DNA of 64,000 nucleotides from Macrostomum lignano (lineage: Eukaryota), in contig NIVC01001827.1 of the NCBI GenBank assembly GCA_002269645.1, positions 124,001 through 188,000 on the forward strand, in the 5' to 3' direction. Positions 20,532-33,289 of this stretch are shown piece after piece (position 1 is the stretch's first letter; every line of letters begins with the position of its first letter). The notes beneath the pieces were generated by a model, which saw nothing but the letters and a program-made list of their open reading frames with translations, was not told where the DNA came from and did not search any database. Both the position numbers and the translations under genes were made by a program.

Positions 20532-23500
20532 AAGTTTGACAGGAGATTTTTAAGATTTCAAGGCTACATGTAGCTTATTAAAAAAACGTGTATTGCATTT
20601 TTTGGCTCCCCAACGGGGGGCGTAGATTGCTAGTCTCTATCTAAAAATCACAAAAATGCATGACACAGCTCCAATATTTGGTTTTATGAATCTATTTTAT
20701 CATCTCTGTTACAAATATTTGTTACACAGTCAGGTAAGAATGATAAAATAGACTCATAAAACCAAAGAGCCAAGCCGTGGCATTTTAATGTATTTCAGGC
20801 ACAAGACACGTGAAAATGTACGTAGAATAAAAAATTAACATAGAATCCAATTTTTTTGAAGGAACAGCTTTATGAATATCGATAGAGCAATAAAAAAGGC
20901 ACAACATATCAAAAGATGAACACTGGATCTGCCTCCTATCAAAAGCAATAGCAATTTTTGTGCTGAAAAAATGAATTGAAAACTTCCATCTCCATAGCGT
21001 ATTTTTTCGGAAAAACCTGCCTTCTAAAATTTTCTAAGAAACGAGGTTTCCCGTCCTTCTACTTAAGTCGTCCTTGGCTCGTGTATGTACGTATCAGTTC
21101 CTTGTAGCTCTAATTAAAGACACTAAATATTTTTACAACCAACTGTTTGCAGTTATGCGCACATGTACATGTCAATGCTAAAACGTCTAAGACCAACCAA
21201 GAGACTACACTACACTATAATGAGAGTGAGATCATTTCCCCTTCAATTTAACCACTCAATTACATAATCATGAGCACCAAGGGGAGTTGGATTGCAGCAT
21301 CCAATAGCTTTGGTTTGGAGGCAGTGGTCAAGCACTGCAGTACCTGACTTCGCCAATGTAGAATGACACTGGAGACACTGGATATTGCATACTCTGAGGA
21401 TTTATTTAAAGTTTTATATCATTTACTCTGTAAATGCGAAAAAACTTTGACTTGTTTGTTAATATAAATGTTAAAAGTAACAATGTTTCTCGGAAAAGAT
21501 TTGCGGGATGTTCTAATTAATTTATAATCCCATATCATCATTCACCTTTATGTCCGGACTGGATATGTACGCTGTCGCTGCTGACTACACTCTATAGACT
21601 ATAGTATATGCCAGTGCGGACACAATTGGGTGGTTTTGGCCCCGACCCTTAGCCGTGTCCAAAAAACTTGGGCCATAGGCCTACTTTTGGTATGGAATTA
21701 GGGGCCTATACAGGCTGAGCCTGTATAATACAGCTGTGATCTTCTAAAAACTAAAATTCTATTTCGCAACCAGTTAAATTCTCAAAATCAACAAGTCTTG
21801 TTGAAAATGAAAGGCCTAATAAAAGTCTCAAACTAATTTAATTAAAAAATAATATGGTTACAAAGCTAGGTCTATTTTTTATAATATTGTTATGCCATGA
21901 TGTCTTATTGCTTTAAAAATATATTTAATTTAATAATAGGGAGCCTAGTTGCATTGGCATTGGCATTAGCATTGTTGTTATAAACTAGGCCTAATAATCT
22001 AACATGATAAATATGTTTTTTGACATAAGGTAGGGCCTATTTTTATATTAAATATTATTGGCTTATCCTTGTAAAACAATAAAACTTGTATCATAAGGCC
22101 TAATCATAGAGAATGCAATCCACTTTAGTAATAGCCACTTTGGTAATTGCCATTTTAGTAACAAAAAATGACTAGGCCTAGGCCCTACTTTGATTGATAA
22201 TAGGGTAACAAAGCAGATTTATGACTATTAGCACTATATTTCTATGGTAATTAAATTTAGTAGGGCCTAACAATTAGTTTAATAATTAACATCTCAAATA
22301 TTGTATTTATTTGTATTTCCACATATAGTTAAATTTTCTAGTTAAACTTAAATTATATTATAATTTGTTTAAACTTGCATATTGATTTTGTAATAAATTT
22401 GAAGGCAAAGAAAATTAAGCAAAGCATATAATTTATTGAAATTGGATATTTAAATTAATTAATGAAGCAAAAAATAGATTCTATAATTTTAAGTTGTTGC
22501 TAACTTAGAGATTCTAATGTATATAATATTTGGTCAATTATAAGATATCTCAATGTTGATACATATATCCAACTTACATTCCTATTATCCAAAAAGTATA
22601 ATAGATCAGTTAAAACATTTTTAAATAAACAAGTTAAACATATGCTGTCATTTTTTCTTTAAAGTTTGTTTGCATATTCCTTTGTATCATATCAATTAAT
22701 ATATATCTAGGCCCTATATATATTGCTATTCTTACTTGTTACCACAATGGCTATTACCAAAGTGGACTGTTACTATCATAGATATAGTGTTCCAAATAGA
22801 AATCTAGTACCAATAAACTTATATTGTATTAGATTTAGGCCTATGATCCCCATGGTACCATTAGAATAATTTCTGTCTTATTCTTATAGTACTAGGCTTA
22901 TAAGAATAATTTTTTGCTTATCCATATGGCATTGACAAGATAGCTACTATATTGTTATATTATAATTAAACTGTACTATAAGTAACAAACTAATCTTTTT
23001 CTTACAGTATCTATTAGAAGATAGGACAGACTATTTTGTCATTGTGCCTTGTGGATAAAAAGTTAAGTATTCTTTATAATCTTTATATATAATATCTTTA
23101 GGAAGATAAGGCAACTATCTTGCCAGTATATTATATGGATAAGATAGAAATAATTTTTATAACATGTAGAAGATAAGATAGCTATCTAATTAGTTTATAT
23201 ATAGATATAGATAAGACAAAAATTATTCTTATGAATGTACTGTATAGATAAACACTGTTTTAGATTATATCATTATCAATGGCCTATCTATACTTACTAA
23301 GAAAGTCTTCTACAAACTAGAATTTTATGGTAAACATTAGCCCTTTTTAGCTTGGTATATAATAAAGCTGTGTATAATAATGAATAATAATACAATAGCT
23401 ATATATTGGGTTGAGGGGATAGGTGCATATACTATATTCTGCATATAAGGCAAATAACTCTCCCCCTCCTATGTTGGGGGTGCAATTAAACTTAATGATT

Positions 23501-24359
23501 CCCTAGGAATAGAGGGAGATTGGGCTTAATCTGAGTGTACATAGTAGTTGTACAGTATAAACAGATAGATAAGACTATGTTGAGATTCAATTAGTCTTAT
23601 TATTGGCCCTGTGTTTTAGCTACACAGCATGTGAAATTTAATAAACAAACTTGTGAGCCTCTTAGGCAAGCAGTCAGGAAATTGGTAACTTTCAAATGCT
23701 AATTGTTCTTTGATTTTTAAACTCCAAGAGGAAAGACTTATATTGCTAGAAATATCTTATAACACTGAGTTTAGGGATATCGGTTTCTTGCTTTATATAT
23801 AAAAACAAAAGGCACAGCATTCAAGATAAAACATTCTTTTAACTTCTGACATGTCTTCTGTATATAATTCAATTAAAACCCCCATGTTGAGGTGGCAGCA
23901 ATAGGGTTCAATGTAATAGGTGAATACCCAGTAAAGAGGCTATGGATAACAATGAAATGAAAGAACAATGAAATGATGTTAACTCTAACCCTAACCATTG
24001 ATACCTCTAACTTGAATTATTAAAAGTATAGAAATCAAAGATCTTTTGGATCTCAATCTCAATTTAAAAGTCTTGATAGACTAGAATTTCATGGAGATAT
24101 TGGGTAATATGATTAAATTAGTGAATTGCAACTTGCTTGATAGAGATGATATTAATAGATTATTATTGAATGGAGAGGATTTTGATAGAATTTAGCTTCA
24201 TGAAAAGAATTTGATAAAGTTCTATTTATGGAAAGAATTTTGATAGATTTCTGTTTGATAGAGAGGATTTCAATGGTTTTTACTTTCATGATAATGTGTA
24301 AATATGACTACAAGTAAATATGACTCGTATATAGAACAACTGTGTTGGTGATACAAGTA

Positions 24360-24633
24360 CATACATGCGCAACTGCTAGACAACCTGGCCGATCTGGCCA
24401 CTGTAAATTGTGGTGGACCAGGGGTAAGTTGCAAAAATGCCCACCCCAAAGAATACAGACATATTACTAATTAGATGATGAGGCATTTAGCCCTCATAAG
24501 ACAGTTATAGTTACTCCTGCCGTTTACCCAAAAGCGTTGATTTTGCTTTAGGGTTTCTTTCACAGGTAGGTCGCATTTTTGGTCAAAAAGTAAGTTGCAT
24601 GGCCAGTGTAAATCAGGGGGTTGCGCATGTATG
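24360..24633. mobile_element. hAT-like MITE (274 bp)
   Basis: 14-bp TIR CATACATGCGCAAC / GTTGCGCATGTATG flanked by a perfect 8-bp TSD TACAAGTA (24352-24359, 24634-24641). Confidence 0.8.
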
Positions 24634-25381
24634 TACAAGTAGCAATAGTATAAGGCTACTATTTATTAAGTAGATTTTTTTATTACATTTACCCCAATTG
24701 AAATTGACCTTACCTTACCTTTGATTGGGATTGGCCTAGTTATCCCAGCTCAATAGAATCCTCAATTATCCCAGCTAATTCTAGCATCCATTTTATAGCT
24801 GAATGCCTTCTTAACTCAGCTCTTAGTTCTTAGTTTAGTGTTTGAATACACACGGCAGTTGAATTTCTACTTCAAAAGCATTGCTATTGTAACTGGCATT
24901 ATTAGATACATGTGATTGAGCATTTTGATGACATCCAATTTCCTTCTGGTTTTCTGATTCTTGTCGGCTTAGCTGCAATAGTGTTTTTCCTTTGATCCGG
25001 GAGTATAACTTTCTAGTCTGGTCAATCTCGTTTTGTGAGCTCAGTCGCCCCCCTGAGTGCAACTCAGCCCGATAGTTTGTGTCGGCGTTAGATCAAAGAA
25101 AATTAACCCGCCAGTGTCTAACTCTGCTCCTCTGTACCTCCTAGTATTATTTACCTTTGATGCCGCCCGCCCCGTTTTATGATGGGGCCAGATCTTTGTG
25201 TACGCAAGGCCAGATTAGGAAGTCTGGCTAAAGCTTCAGTGTTGGTGCATTCTTTTTAACTGAAACTCCGACTCAGAACATTCCTAGATTAGATGGCATG
25301 ACTAAACGTTTAAAGCTGCATATCTGTCTTTCGGACTTGTCAAAATTATCTCAGTAATTTTTTTAATCTTCGTTGTCTATA

Positions 25382-25999
25382 GATAGTCATGCGGTTTGTG
25401 TTCTCAGCTCAGATAGTCATGCGGTTTGTGTTCTCAGCTCAGATAGTCATGCGGTTTCAGTTCTCAGCTCAGATAGTCATGCGATTTGTGTTCTCAGCTC
25501 AGATAGTCATGCGGTTTGTGTTCTCAGCTCAGATAGTCATGCGGTTTGTGTTCTCAGCTCAGATAGTCATGCGGTTTCAGTTCTCAGCTCAAATAGTCAT
25601 GCGGTTTGTGTTCTCAGCTCAGATAGTCATGCGGTTTCAGTTCTCAGCTCAGATAGTCATGCGGTTTCAGTTCTCAGCTCAGATAGTCATGCGGTTTCAG
25701 TTCTCAGCTCAGATAGTCATGCGGTTTTGTGTTCTCAGCTCAGATAGTCATGCGATTTGTGTTCTCAGCTCAGATAGTCATGCGGTTTGTGTTCTCAGCT
25801 CAGATAGTCATGCGGTTTGTGTTCTCAGCTCAGATAGTCATGCGGTTTCAGTTCTCAGCTCAAATAGTCATGCGGTTTCAGTTCTCAGCTCAGATAGTCA
25901 TGCGGTTTCAGTTCTCAGCTCAGATAGTCATGCGGTTTCAGTTCTCAGCTCAGATAGTCATGCGGTTTGTGTTCTCAGCTCAGATAGTCATGCGGTTTA
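25382..25999. repeat. 30-bp minisatellite
   Basis: Unit AGATAGTCATGCGGTTT(GT/CA)GTTCTCAGCTC; the SSDSHAVCVL/MRFVFSAQIV ORFs are artefacts. Confidence 0.95.
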
Positions 26000-27716
26000 G
26001 TTATTAATTAGAAATTCATTATTGTATTGTTTTACGGACTATTATAATGGCAACTCAGTTAATTACAGCTATTTATCTGTCAAAACGTTTTTGTAAATGA
26101 GACGCGTAGTTTTGGGTAATTTCATAACTTTTGTGAAGCGATTAGCTTTTAACGTTAATTTCTGCTTGTGTACAGCAAAGCCTGTGCTAAGATTGTTAGC
26201 GCAAACAGTGGCGCACGCGTGGGTGGCGGCTCTGCAAAATGTTAGTATTTCTCTAATAATTGAGATCCGATAGATAGGCTACTAGTTGTCGGGGCTTCTT
26301 AACAGCGCCAAGCCCCAATAAACGAATCGAACGGAAGTGCTTTTTGGCTAGGGTAACCTCTCTCTTCTGTTTGGGGGCTGGTTTAGCTAAGAAATTGATA
26401 GACACTAGCGATAGGCATGCGATAGGTTTGGAGGGAAGGGGGGTTGGGTCGTGTATGCACACTCCACGGACTGATAGCAGGCACTGAGGAATGGCCCGGG
26501 AGGGGGGGGGCTAAAATCTTGGGAATTTTACCCCGCCTGTCTAAGCAGTCAGCCAGGAAGCAACTCTAAATTGCCTACTTTGCCGCGCTTACCTTGTCTA
26601 TAATACTTATCTAGAGCATAACTCTTCTATGAACCCTTTGCCCAAGATAAGGCAGTGCATTTCTTTTGTTTTTTAGCTATTAGCTATGATTTACTACGGC
26701 TTTGTTCAACCATTATTTACAAATTTTGTTTTTTTTATCCTGGGTGTGTTTAAGCGTCCGAAAATGCAAGTCCAAATTCAGTACGCCAGGTGGCATCAGT
26801 CAGTAAAAAAATAAATAATCAAATAAACTACTAACATCTCTGCCCTACCCTTTACACTGCCGAGCATCTACGAGTAACTCAGAAGTTGCAGAAGCATTAC
26901 TCAAATTTGACAATTTATAGAAGTCTTGAAATCCCAAGAATCACAATATTTATAATATTATTTAATATGCTATAAGTATTCATCAGCGCACTAACCGCAG
27001 CCATCTCTGCTTAACTTGTGGCAGCGGCGAAGGCGCTAACCCACTGGGCTAACGACCCCTGTCCTGAATGCGCCACCCAAAGCTTTATTAAGGAGTCCAT
27101 GATCAAGTATAGAATCTGCCACAACTGTTCCCATCTCCTTTAGCCCTGGTATCTGAACGCATAAGGTTTGCTTGGACTCATCACCGGGACAGATTAAATG
27201 AACGATAAAAACGCAGACAAAAGTGTGCTGTCCGCGCGTTTAATAGGTTTAATCTGTCTTGGTGCGCGTCCGTCAGTGTTGGCATTTTGCTGGGCCAGTG
27301 TACGAGCGTGTCAATGTAAAGCGGCACAGCTCTTTTTTCCAATGAATTCAGTCGCGTATATTTTGCATGTATTATATATATTTAAATAACTGACCAAGTT
27401 ATAAGTGTCAGAACTTTCTGGACACCCCTCGTATATATAAACTATTGATACTTTGTGGTTGGAAGTTAAGGAATGAAAAATATTTGGTAAATATGAATTA
27501 CAAAACATACATGTACTGTTTTCCTAAAATGTTTACTGCCTGCCTGTTAGTGGAAAGATTTACGGGTTAAAAGGGTGTTCTAGGAAATGCGATTCTTTAA
27601 AAGTGTGTTACTTTAGACAGCTCAGTGCTTCAATCACGCGTTCACTTTTATTGTGATGCATGGCAAACTGCCAGCAGCTGTTACAGTTAGGCTACCAGCT
27701 GCCTTAGCCGGTTGCC

Positions 27717-30700
27717 ATGACAACGCCGAACTCCGGGCCCGGCAGTCGGCGGGGCTCCGGCGGCGGCGGCAATAGCGCGGTCGCTGGCGGCACCAAAACG
27801 CCGGTCAGAGGCGGCGCGGGCTCAACCGAGGCCAGCCAGCGCGGCTCGCCGAGTCTCAACGCGGCCTACAGCTGCCTGCGCTGGGCCGAGTGCCCGCAGA
27901 ATCTGCTAGACGATCCAGAAGGTGTACTACTGCTGAAACAGTTCATGGAGGACATGAACCCGTCGCATGCCCGCGCATTCGATTTCTATTTCGCTGTTAA
28001 AGGTTTAAAATCCGGCTGCCAGCTCGAAGGCTTAGATAATCCGCGGAAGCTGGTCCGCCTCATCAATAAGAAATACGTGAGCAGAGAGGACTGCGTCCCA
28101 ATCAGCGCCGCGACCCGGGCCGCTATCCAGGCCCGAGTCCGTTCCGGGGACGCCGATCCGGGCCTGTTCGACCCGGCCCTGGACGAGATTGTGCAATTCC
28201 TCACCCACACTGTGTACCCAGCCTTTCTCAAGTCCGATCTGTACATCAACTACGTGGCCTGCGTTGGCAGCGGGTCCGCCTGGCAGCCCTATCTGGCTAG
28301 CGGCCCTGAGCTGGCGGCCTCTCCTGCCGGGCACACGCCGCGCAGCCTGCCAACTGTGCACGAGGATCGGGAACTGCAACAGCAGCTGACCGCTGCAGCA
28401 TCCGCGGCCGCTTCAACCGCCGCCCCTGGCTCCGGCGGTCCGGGTTCGCGCGCCGGTTCCGTGCCCCGCTCTCGTTCCTCGCCGTCGCCAGCGGCAGCTG
28501 CCGGCGTTGTTGCAGCCGTGTCATCAGCGTCGGCTTCAGCTGCCCCGGTGCTGGACCTGACTATCAAGAATCTCTACGCTACCAGATTTCAGCGCGGCCG
28601 CGCTTCGCTGCCAGAGTTTGCCGGCGGGCCGCAGTCTGGGTGAGAGTTCGCTCGGCCATTCTGAGCTTGTGACTGACTTTCCTAGCTAGCTAACTATTTT
28701 TTAGTATATGGATTTTTTAGTGACAGTGAATATCAGTGACCAATTTAGTGGCAGTGAATATCAGTGACCAATTTAGTGGCAGTGAATATCAGTGACCAAT
28801 TTAGTGACAGTGAATATCAGTGACCAATTCAGTGACAGTGAATATCAGTGACCAATTTAGTGACAGTGATTATTAGTGACCAATTCAGTGACAGTGAATA
28901 TCAGTGACCAAATTAGTGACAGTGAATATCAGTGACCAATTTAGTGACAGTAAATATCAGTGACCAATTCAGTGACAGTGAATATCAGTGACCAATTTAG
29001 TGACAGTGAATATCAGTGGCAAATTCAGTGACAATGAATATCAGTGACAAATTCAGTGACAGTGAATATCAGTGACCAATTCAGTGACAGTGAATATCAG
29101 TGGCAAATTCAGTGACAATGAATATCAGTGACCAATTCAGTGACAGTGAATATCAGTGACCAATTCAGTGACAGTGAATATCAGTGGCAAATTCAGTGAC
29201 AATGAATATCAGTGACCAATTCAGTGACAGTGAATATCAGTGACCAATTCAGTGACAGTGATTATTAGCGACAGTGAATATCAGTGACCAATTAAATGAC
29301 AGTGGTTATTAGTGACAATGAATATCAGTGACCAATTCAGTGACAGTGAATATCAGTGACCAATTTAGTGACAGTGATTATTAGTGACAATGAATATCAG
29401 TGACCAATTCAGTGACAGTGAATATCAGTGACCAATTAAGTGACAGTGGTTATTAGTGACAATGAATATCAGTGACCAATTCAGTGACAGTGAATATCAG
29501 TGACCAATTTAGTGGCAGTGAATATCAGTGACCAATTCAGTGACAGTGAATATCAGTGACCAATTTAGTGACAGTGAATATCAGTGAACAATTTAGTGAA
29601 AGTGAATATCAGTGACCAATTTAGTGACACTGACAGTTAGTGATATTCTGGAACATTTTCTTATCAAGACAGAATCAGGGTACTATTTATTTGCTTTAAT
29701 TGAAAAATTCTGAATTTTTTGATAATACGCCAGAACAATAGATTAGCCTAGCTTGTGTATGGAGAAACAGAAAGTATAAATTGGCGAGTGCTTATGTCAG
29801 CCTGCTGGTCTCTGGCTTTGCCCGTGGTGCCGCCGCCGCCGCCTGTGATGTGCGTCTGTGTGTGAGCCGCCGGCCGTGCCGGTAAATCCGCCTGCCTGCA
29901 ATCTAATTCAACCCCCACCCCTCAGCCGTCATCTCGGGCGGCTTCTCCCCTCCTTCCACTTTATCCTCACCTCGCCCATTATTCCTCCTCTCTCCTCTTC
30001 TCCCATACACCTCGCTGCCTTTGAACTCTGCCGCCGTCTACTCACTACTGATGCCGCCGCCGCTCTGCCGACAGCTCAGTTGGTAAGCCAAAAACAGGCT
30101 TGGCGAGAGGCAACAGCGCCTGAATTCTGTGCCAAAAAGGGGGACTTTCTACTAAAACTGAGACGGCTTGTTTCTGCTATTCAAACCTGGCCGTATTATG
30201 ATTAACCTGCTAGCTTCCCAATCGGCCTGTCTGCTTTTGTTCTCCGTTGGTTTTGAGTTAAAAAGCAGCTGAGAAGCAGTGGGGTTGCAGTCTGTAAAAT
30301 TTCCCTAGTCGGCAACTCACTTCCTCTTTGTAGTTCCGCCTCCGACTGTCGTTTGGCCTACCAAACGTTTCTCTTTCTGTGTGTCTGTCGGCTGTTTCTC
30401 GTTCACTTTCTGGTTCGCCGCCTTTTGTATTGAAGCCGTTACGGGAGGGTCCTCCTGGCTTTCCCTGCCTCCCCCTCCCCCCCGGGCCGCTCTCACCAGC
30501 TTTCATTTTTTGCCGCGCCCTGAGCGCTGAGCAGAATTGCAATTTCTTCTTCTTTCATATTATGTATGTATAGCTTTTATTCTGCTTCCAACGCTCAATC
30601 AGCACCGGCCAATGCCATTTCAGTTGTCCGGCTGAGCTTCCCAGTGCCATGGAAAGGCTCTATAAAAATGTTTCTTTGTTCACTCAAAGCTCTTTTTGTT

Positions 30701-32673
30701 TTTTTGCCGCTGTTTTTTTTAGTTTAACAATGCCTCTCCCTGCTCTCTGTTTCTATTGCTCCTCCTTTTGTCTCTAATAGGCGGGGAAGGGAGAGAGAGA
30801 GAGAGTCATTTGGTCGGCTTGCGCCACACCTCAGGGCCCGATCAGGCCAATCCCCTGCCACGGTTTGGCGCGCGGGTACAAAATCATTGATATGGGAGAT
30901 TTTAATGCGAGATTTCACGCGCTTGCCCCCCCCACAACTTTCAAATCCTACAGTATGAGCCAGGCGGCACTGCCCTACCACACTTCCTACGCGCCGGGCT
31001 CCAAGCAGGACTCGGAGCTGCAGTCTTTGTCATCTGACGCCCTCACTGACGACACAGTCTCGCATGCGGACACCTCTAGTAGCTTTGAGCAGCAGCAGCT
31101 CAGCCGGCGCGGCCATCAGCGGGCGATCAGGCGCTCGGCTGACATCAACAAGGAGGACCCGCGGGCGGCCATCATTCCTCGGCCGGCAACTGCCGCCGCT
31201 GGCGGGCCCAGCCGGCCAGCCGGCTGCGATGCGGCCAGCAATCCGGTTGAGTTCGCCCGCCAGCTGGCCGAGAAGCTGCAAGCTGTTCAACGGGATTTGG
31301 GCCGGACAGAGCGGCTAGCCGAGGCCATCGGCCGGCCAGAGCGGCCCACAGGCGCCGGCGTGCTCAACTCCGAGTGGGCCCAGCGACTGCTGGCTCGCAA
31401 TTCTGGCGGCGCCGAGCCGCACAATCCGGAGCAGATACTCGACAATCATCTGGAGACTGTGTTCGACCGGGCTGGGCCGGCCGGAGCTGTCGGCCATCAG
31501 GCCAGCCGGTCCGACACCGAGCACGTCCATCACTACCACTACCATCATCATTACGGCGAGCAAAGCGGGTCGGGCGTAGCCGCTGGCTGTCGCCAATCAA
31601 AGTCGACAAGCTCGCTGGCCGATTCCGGCGTCGGCACGGTGTCCAGCCGCGGCCGGAGCCGCCAGTCGGCCAGTCAGCATCGACAACACACGCTTCCACC
31701 AGCGCCTCCACCGCTGCCGCCAACGGTGCCCCCTCAACTACCGACCTCTCTGTCGATGCCGGCGCCACCCATGTCAGTGCCTGGGCCGCCACAGCCGCTG
31801 ACGGCAGCACCGTCTCTGGCGCCCGGCTTTGCGTCCGGCGGCTCCGTTGGCGTCTCTCAACGTCAGTTGAATTTGCACGTGGCCCAACAGGCGGCCCAGG
31901 CCGGACCCCGGCAGCCGTTTGCCTGCGATCCGAATATGCCGCTGATGGACAAGCCGCTTACAGATAATGTCATTGTGGAGGCGAGCCGGCGGCTGGAGAA
32001 GGTGCGTTGACCGTTTGTACTCTTATTTGTGTGAATGGGAAGAATGTCGGTGGTTGTGTGGGATGTGAATGCAAATAATGTCGGTGATTGTGTGGGATGT
32101 GAATGCAAAGAATGTCGGTGATTGGGTGAAATTTTAATGCAAATAATGTCGGTGATTGTGTGGGATGTGAATGCAAATAATGTCGGTTATTGTGTGGTAT
32201 GTGAATGCAAAGAATGTCGCTGATTGTGTGGGATGTGAATGCAAAGAATGTCGGTGATTGTGTGGTATGTGAATGCAAAGAATGTCGGTGATTGTGTGGT
32301 ATGGGGAAAAATATACCGCTAAGTATGCCCGACCACTCACCTGTTTACCTAGATATCGGTGTCATCGGCGCAGGAGCCGGTGGCCGGCCCGGAGCAGCAG
32401 CAGCAGCAACAACAGCAGCAAGGCCAGCTGACAATCGGGTACTTCCTATTCGGCGAGCCGGTGCCGTTCCGCTGCACGTGGCCTGGCAGGGAGATCACGC
32501 TTGGCCAGTTCAAGCAGCTAATAGCCAAGAAGGGCAGCTTTCGCTACTTCTTCAAGAAGCGCTCAGACGAATTCGTAGTTGGCGGCGCTGTGCACGAGGA
32601 AGTGACGGACGACTCCGAGCTGCTGCCGCTCTGGGAGGGCAAAGTGGTCGGCAAAGTGGAGAAGATCGAATGA
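27717..32673 (+). CDS. axin: Axin (Wnt/beta-catenin destruction-complex scaffold), 3 coding exons
   Basis: Exons 27717-28639, 30954-32001, 32353-32673 (GT-AG, phases 2 and 0). RGS domain (YSCLRWAECPQNLLDDPEG...), SKQDSELQSLSSDA motif, GSK3-binding helix NPVEFARQLAEKLQAVQR, beta-catenin-binding NPEQILDNHLETVF, C-terminal DIX domain (TIGYFLFGEPVPF...FRYFFKK...LPLWEGKVVGKVEKIE*). AATAAA at about 32830. Confidence 0.93.
28720..29640. repeat. 28-bp minisatellite in Axin intron 1
   Basis: Unit CAGTGACAGTGAATATCAGTGACCAATT. Confidence 0.95.
32043..32302. repeat. 34-bp minisatellite in Axin intron 2
   Basis: Unit TGTCGGTGATTGTGTGGGATGTGAATGCAAAGAA. Confidence 0.9.
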
Positions 32674-33289
32674 TTTAGGCCAAGTCGACGATGTTTTCTT
32701 TTTCTCTTTCGTCAAATCGAGATTCCCGTGTGCCTTTTTCTTTTCCTAAATTCGATTTTATTCTACTTGAAAATACTACTGCCCCTGAGAGTAGTACGTA
32801 ATCGCTGAAAGGTTCGTATGGAAATATATAAATAAAAATTACCCTGGCCTATTTACCTACGATGGCCGAGCTCATTTAAGCAAGCGAGCTGTCGGATTTG
32901 CCGAATATTTCATCGAGCTTCCATTAGCTTCCAGATCGGAGCCCATTGCTGCTCTCCTGGATCAATGGCCATTAGCCTTATACTTTGTGTACATACTGTG
33001 TTTTCCTTGGTGCAAACGCTTGTTCATATATTCATTTAATCCTTAAGCCTTGAGTTTTTGCCGTGTTTTTTAAGTCCTATGTTTCAAGTTTTTGTACTTA
33101 ATACCCCACGTTTTTTTACCCCTGGAATTATGAGTTTAGCAGAAACCGGAAATTTCGACATATTTGTAAATTACTTCTCTACTTTCAATTCAGTAGCAAA
33201 AAAGAACGCGTGATCTATTTTATGAAATTAAAAGCACGGGTTAGAGTGACTTGCAGGCTTACAGCTTGCTATTAGTGCAGCCGTAATGT

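Larger units (their letters stand above)
18183..21076. mobile_element. Non-autonomous DNA transposon-like element with about 95-bp terminal inverted repeats
   Basis: CAAGGACGACTTAAGTAGAAGGACGGGAAACCTCGTTTCTTAGAAAATTTTAGAAGGC...TACGCTATGGAGAT at 18183 is mirrored by its reverse complement ending at 21076. No ORF inside; no TSD recognised. Confidence 0.7.

Noticed and set aside
26985-27062. tRNA-like head on the minus strand (GGGGTCGTTAGCCCAGTGGGTTAGCGCC)
   Set aside because: An A-box-like motif is present but no B box or cloverleaf follows; at most a degraded SINE fragment.
30865-30953. ORF-track start MARGYKIIDMGDF as the start of a separate gene
   Set aside because: It lies upstream of the acceptor at 30953; the Axin-homologous sequence begins at 30954 in phase with exon 1.
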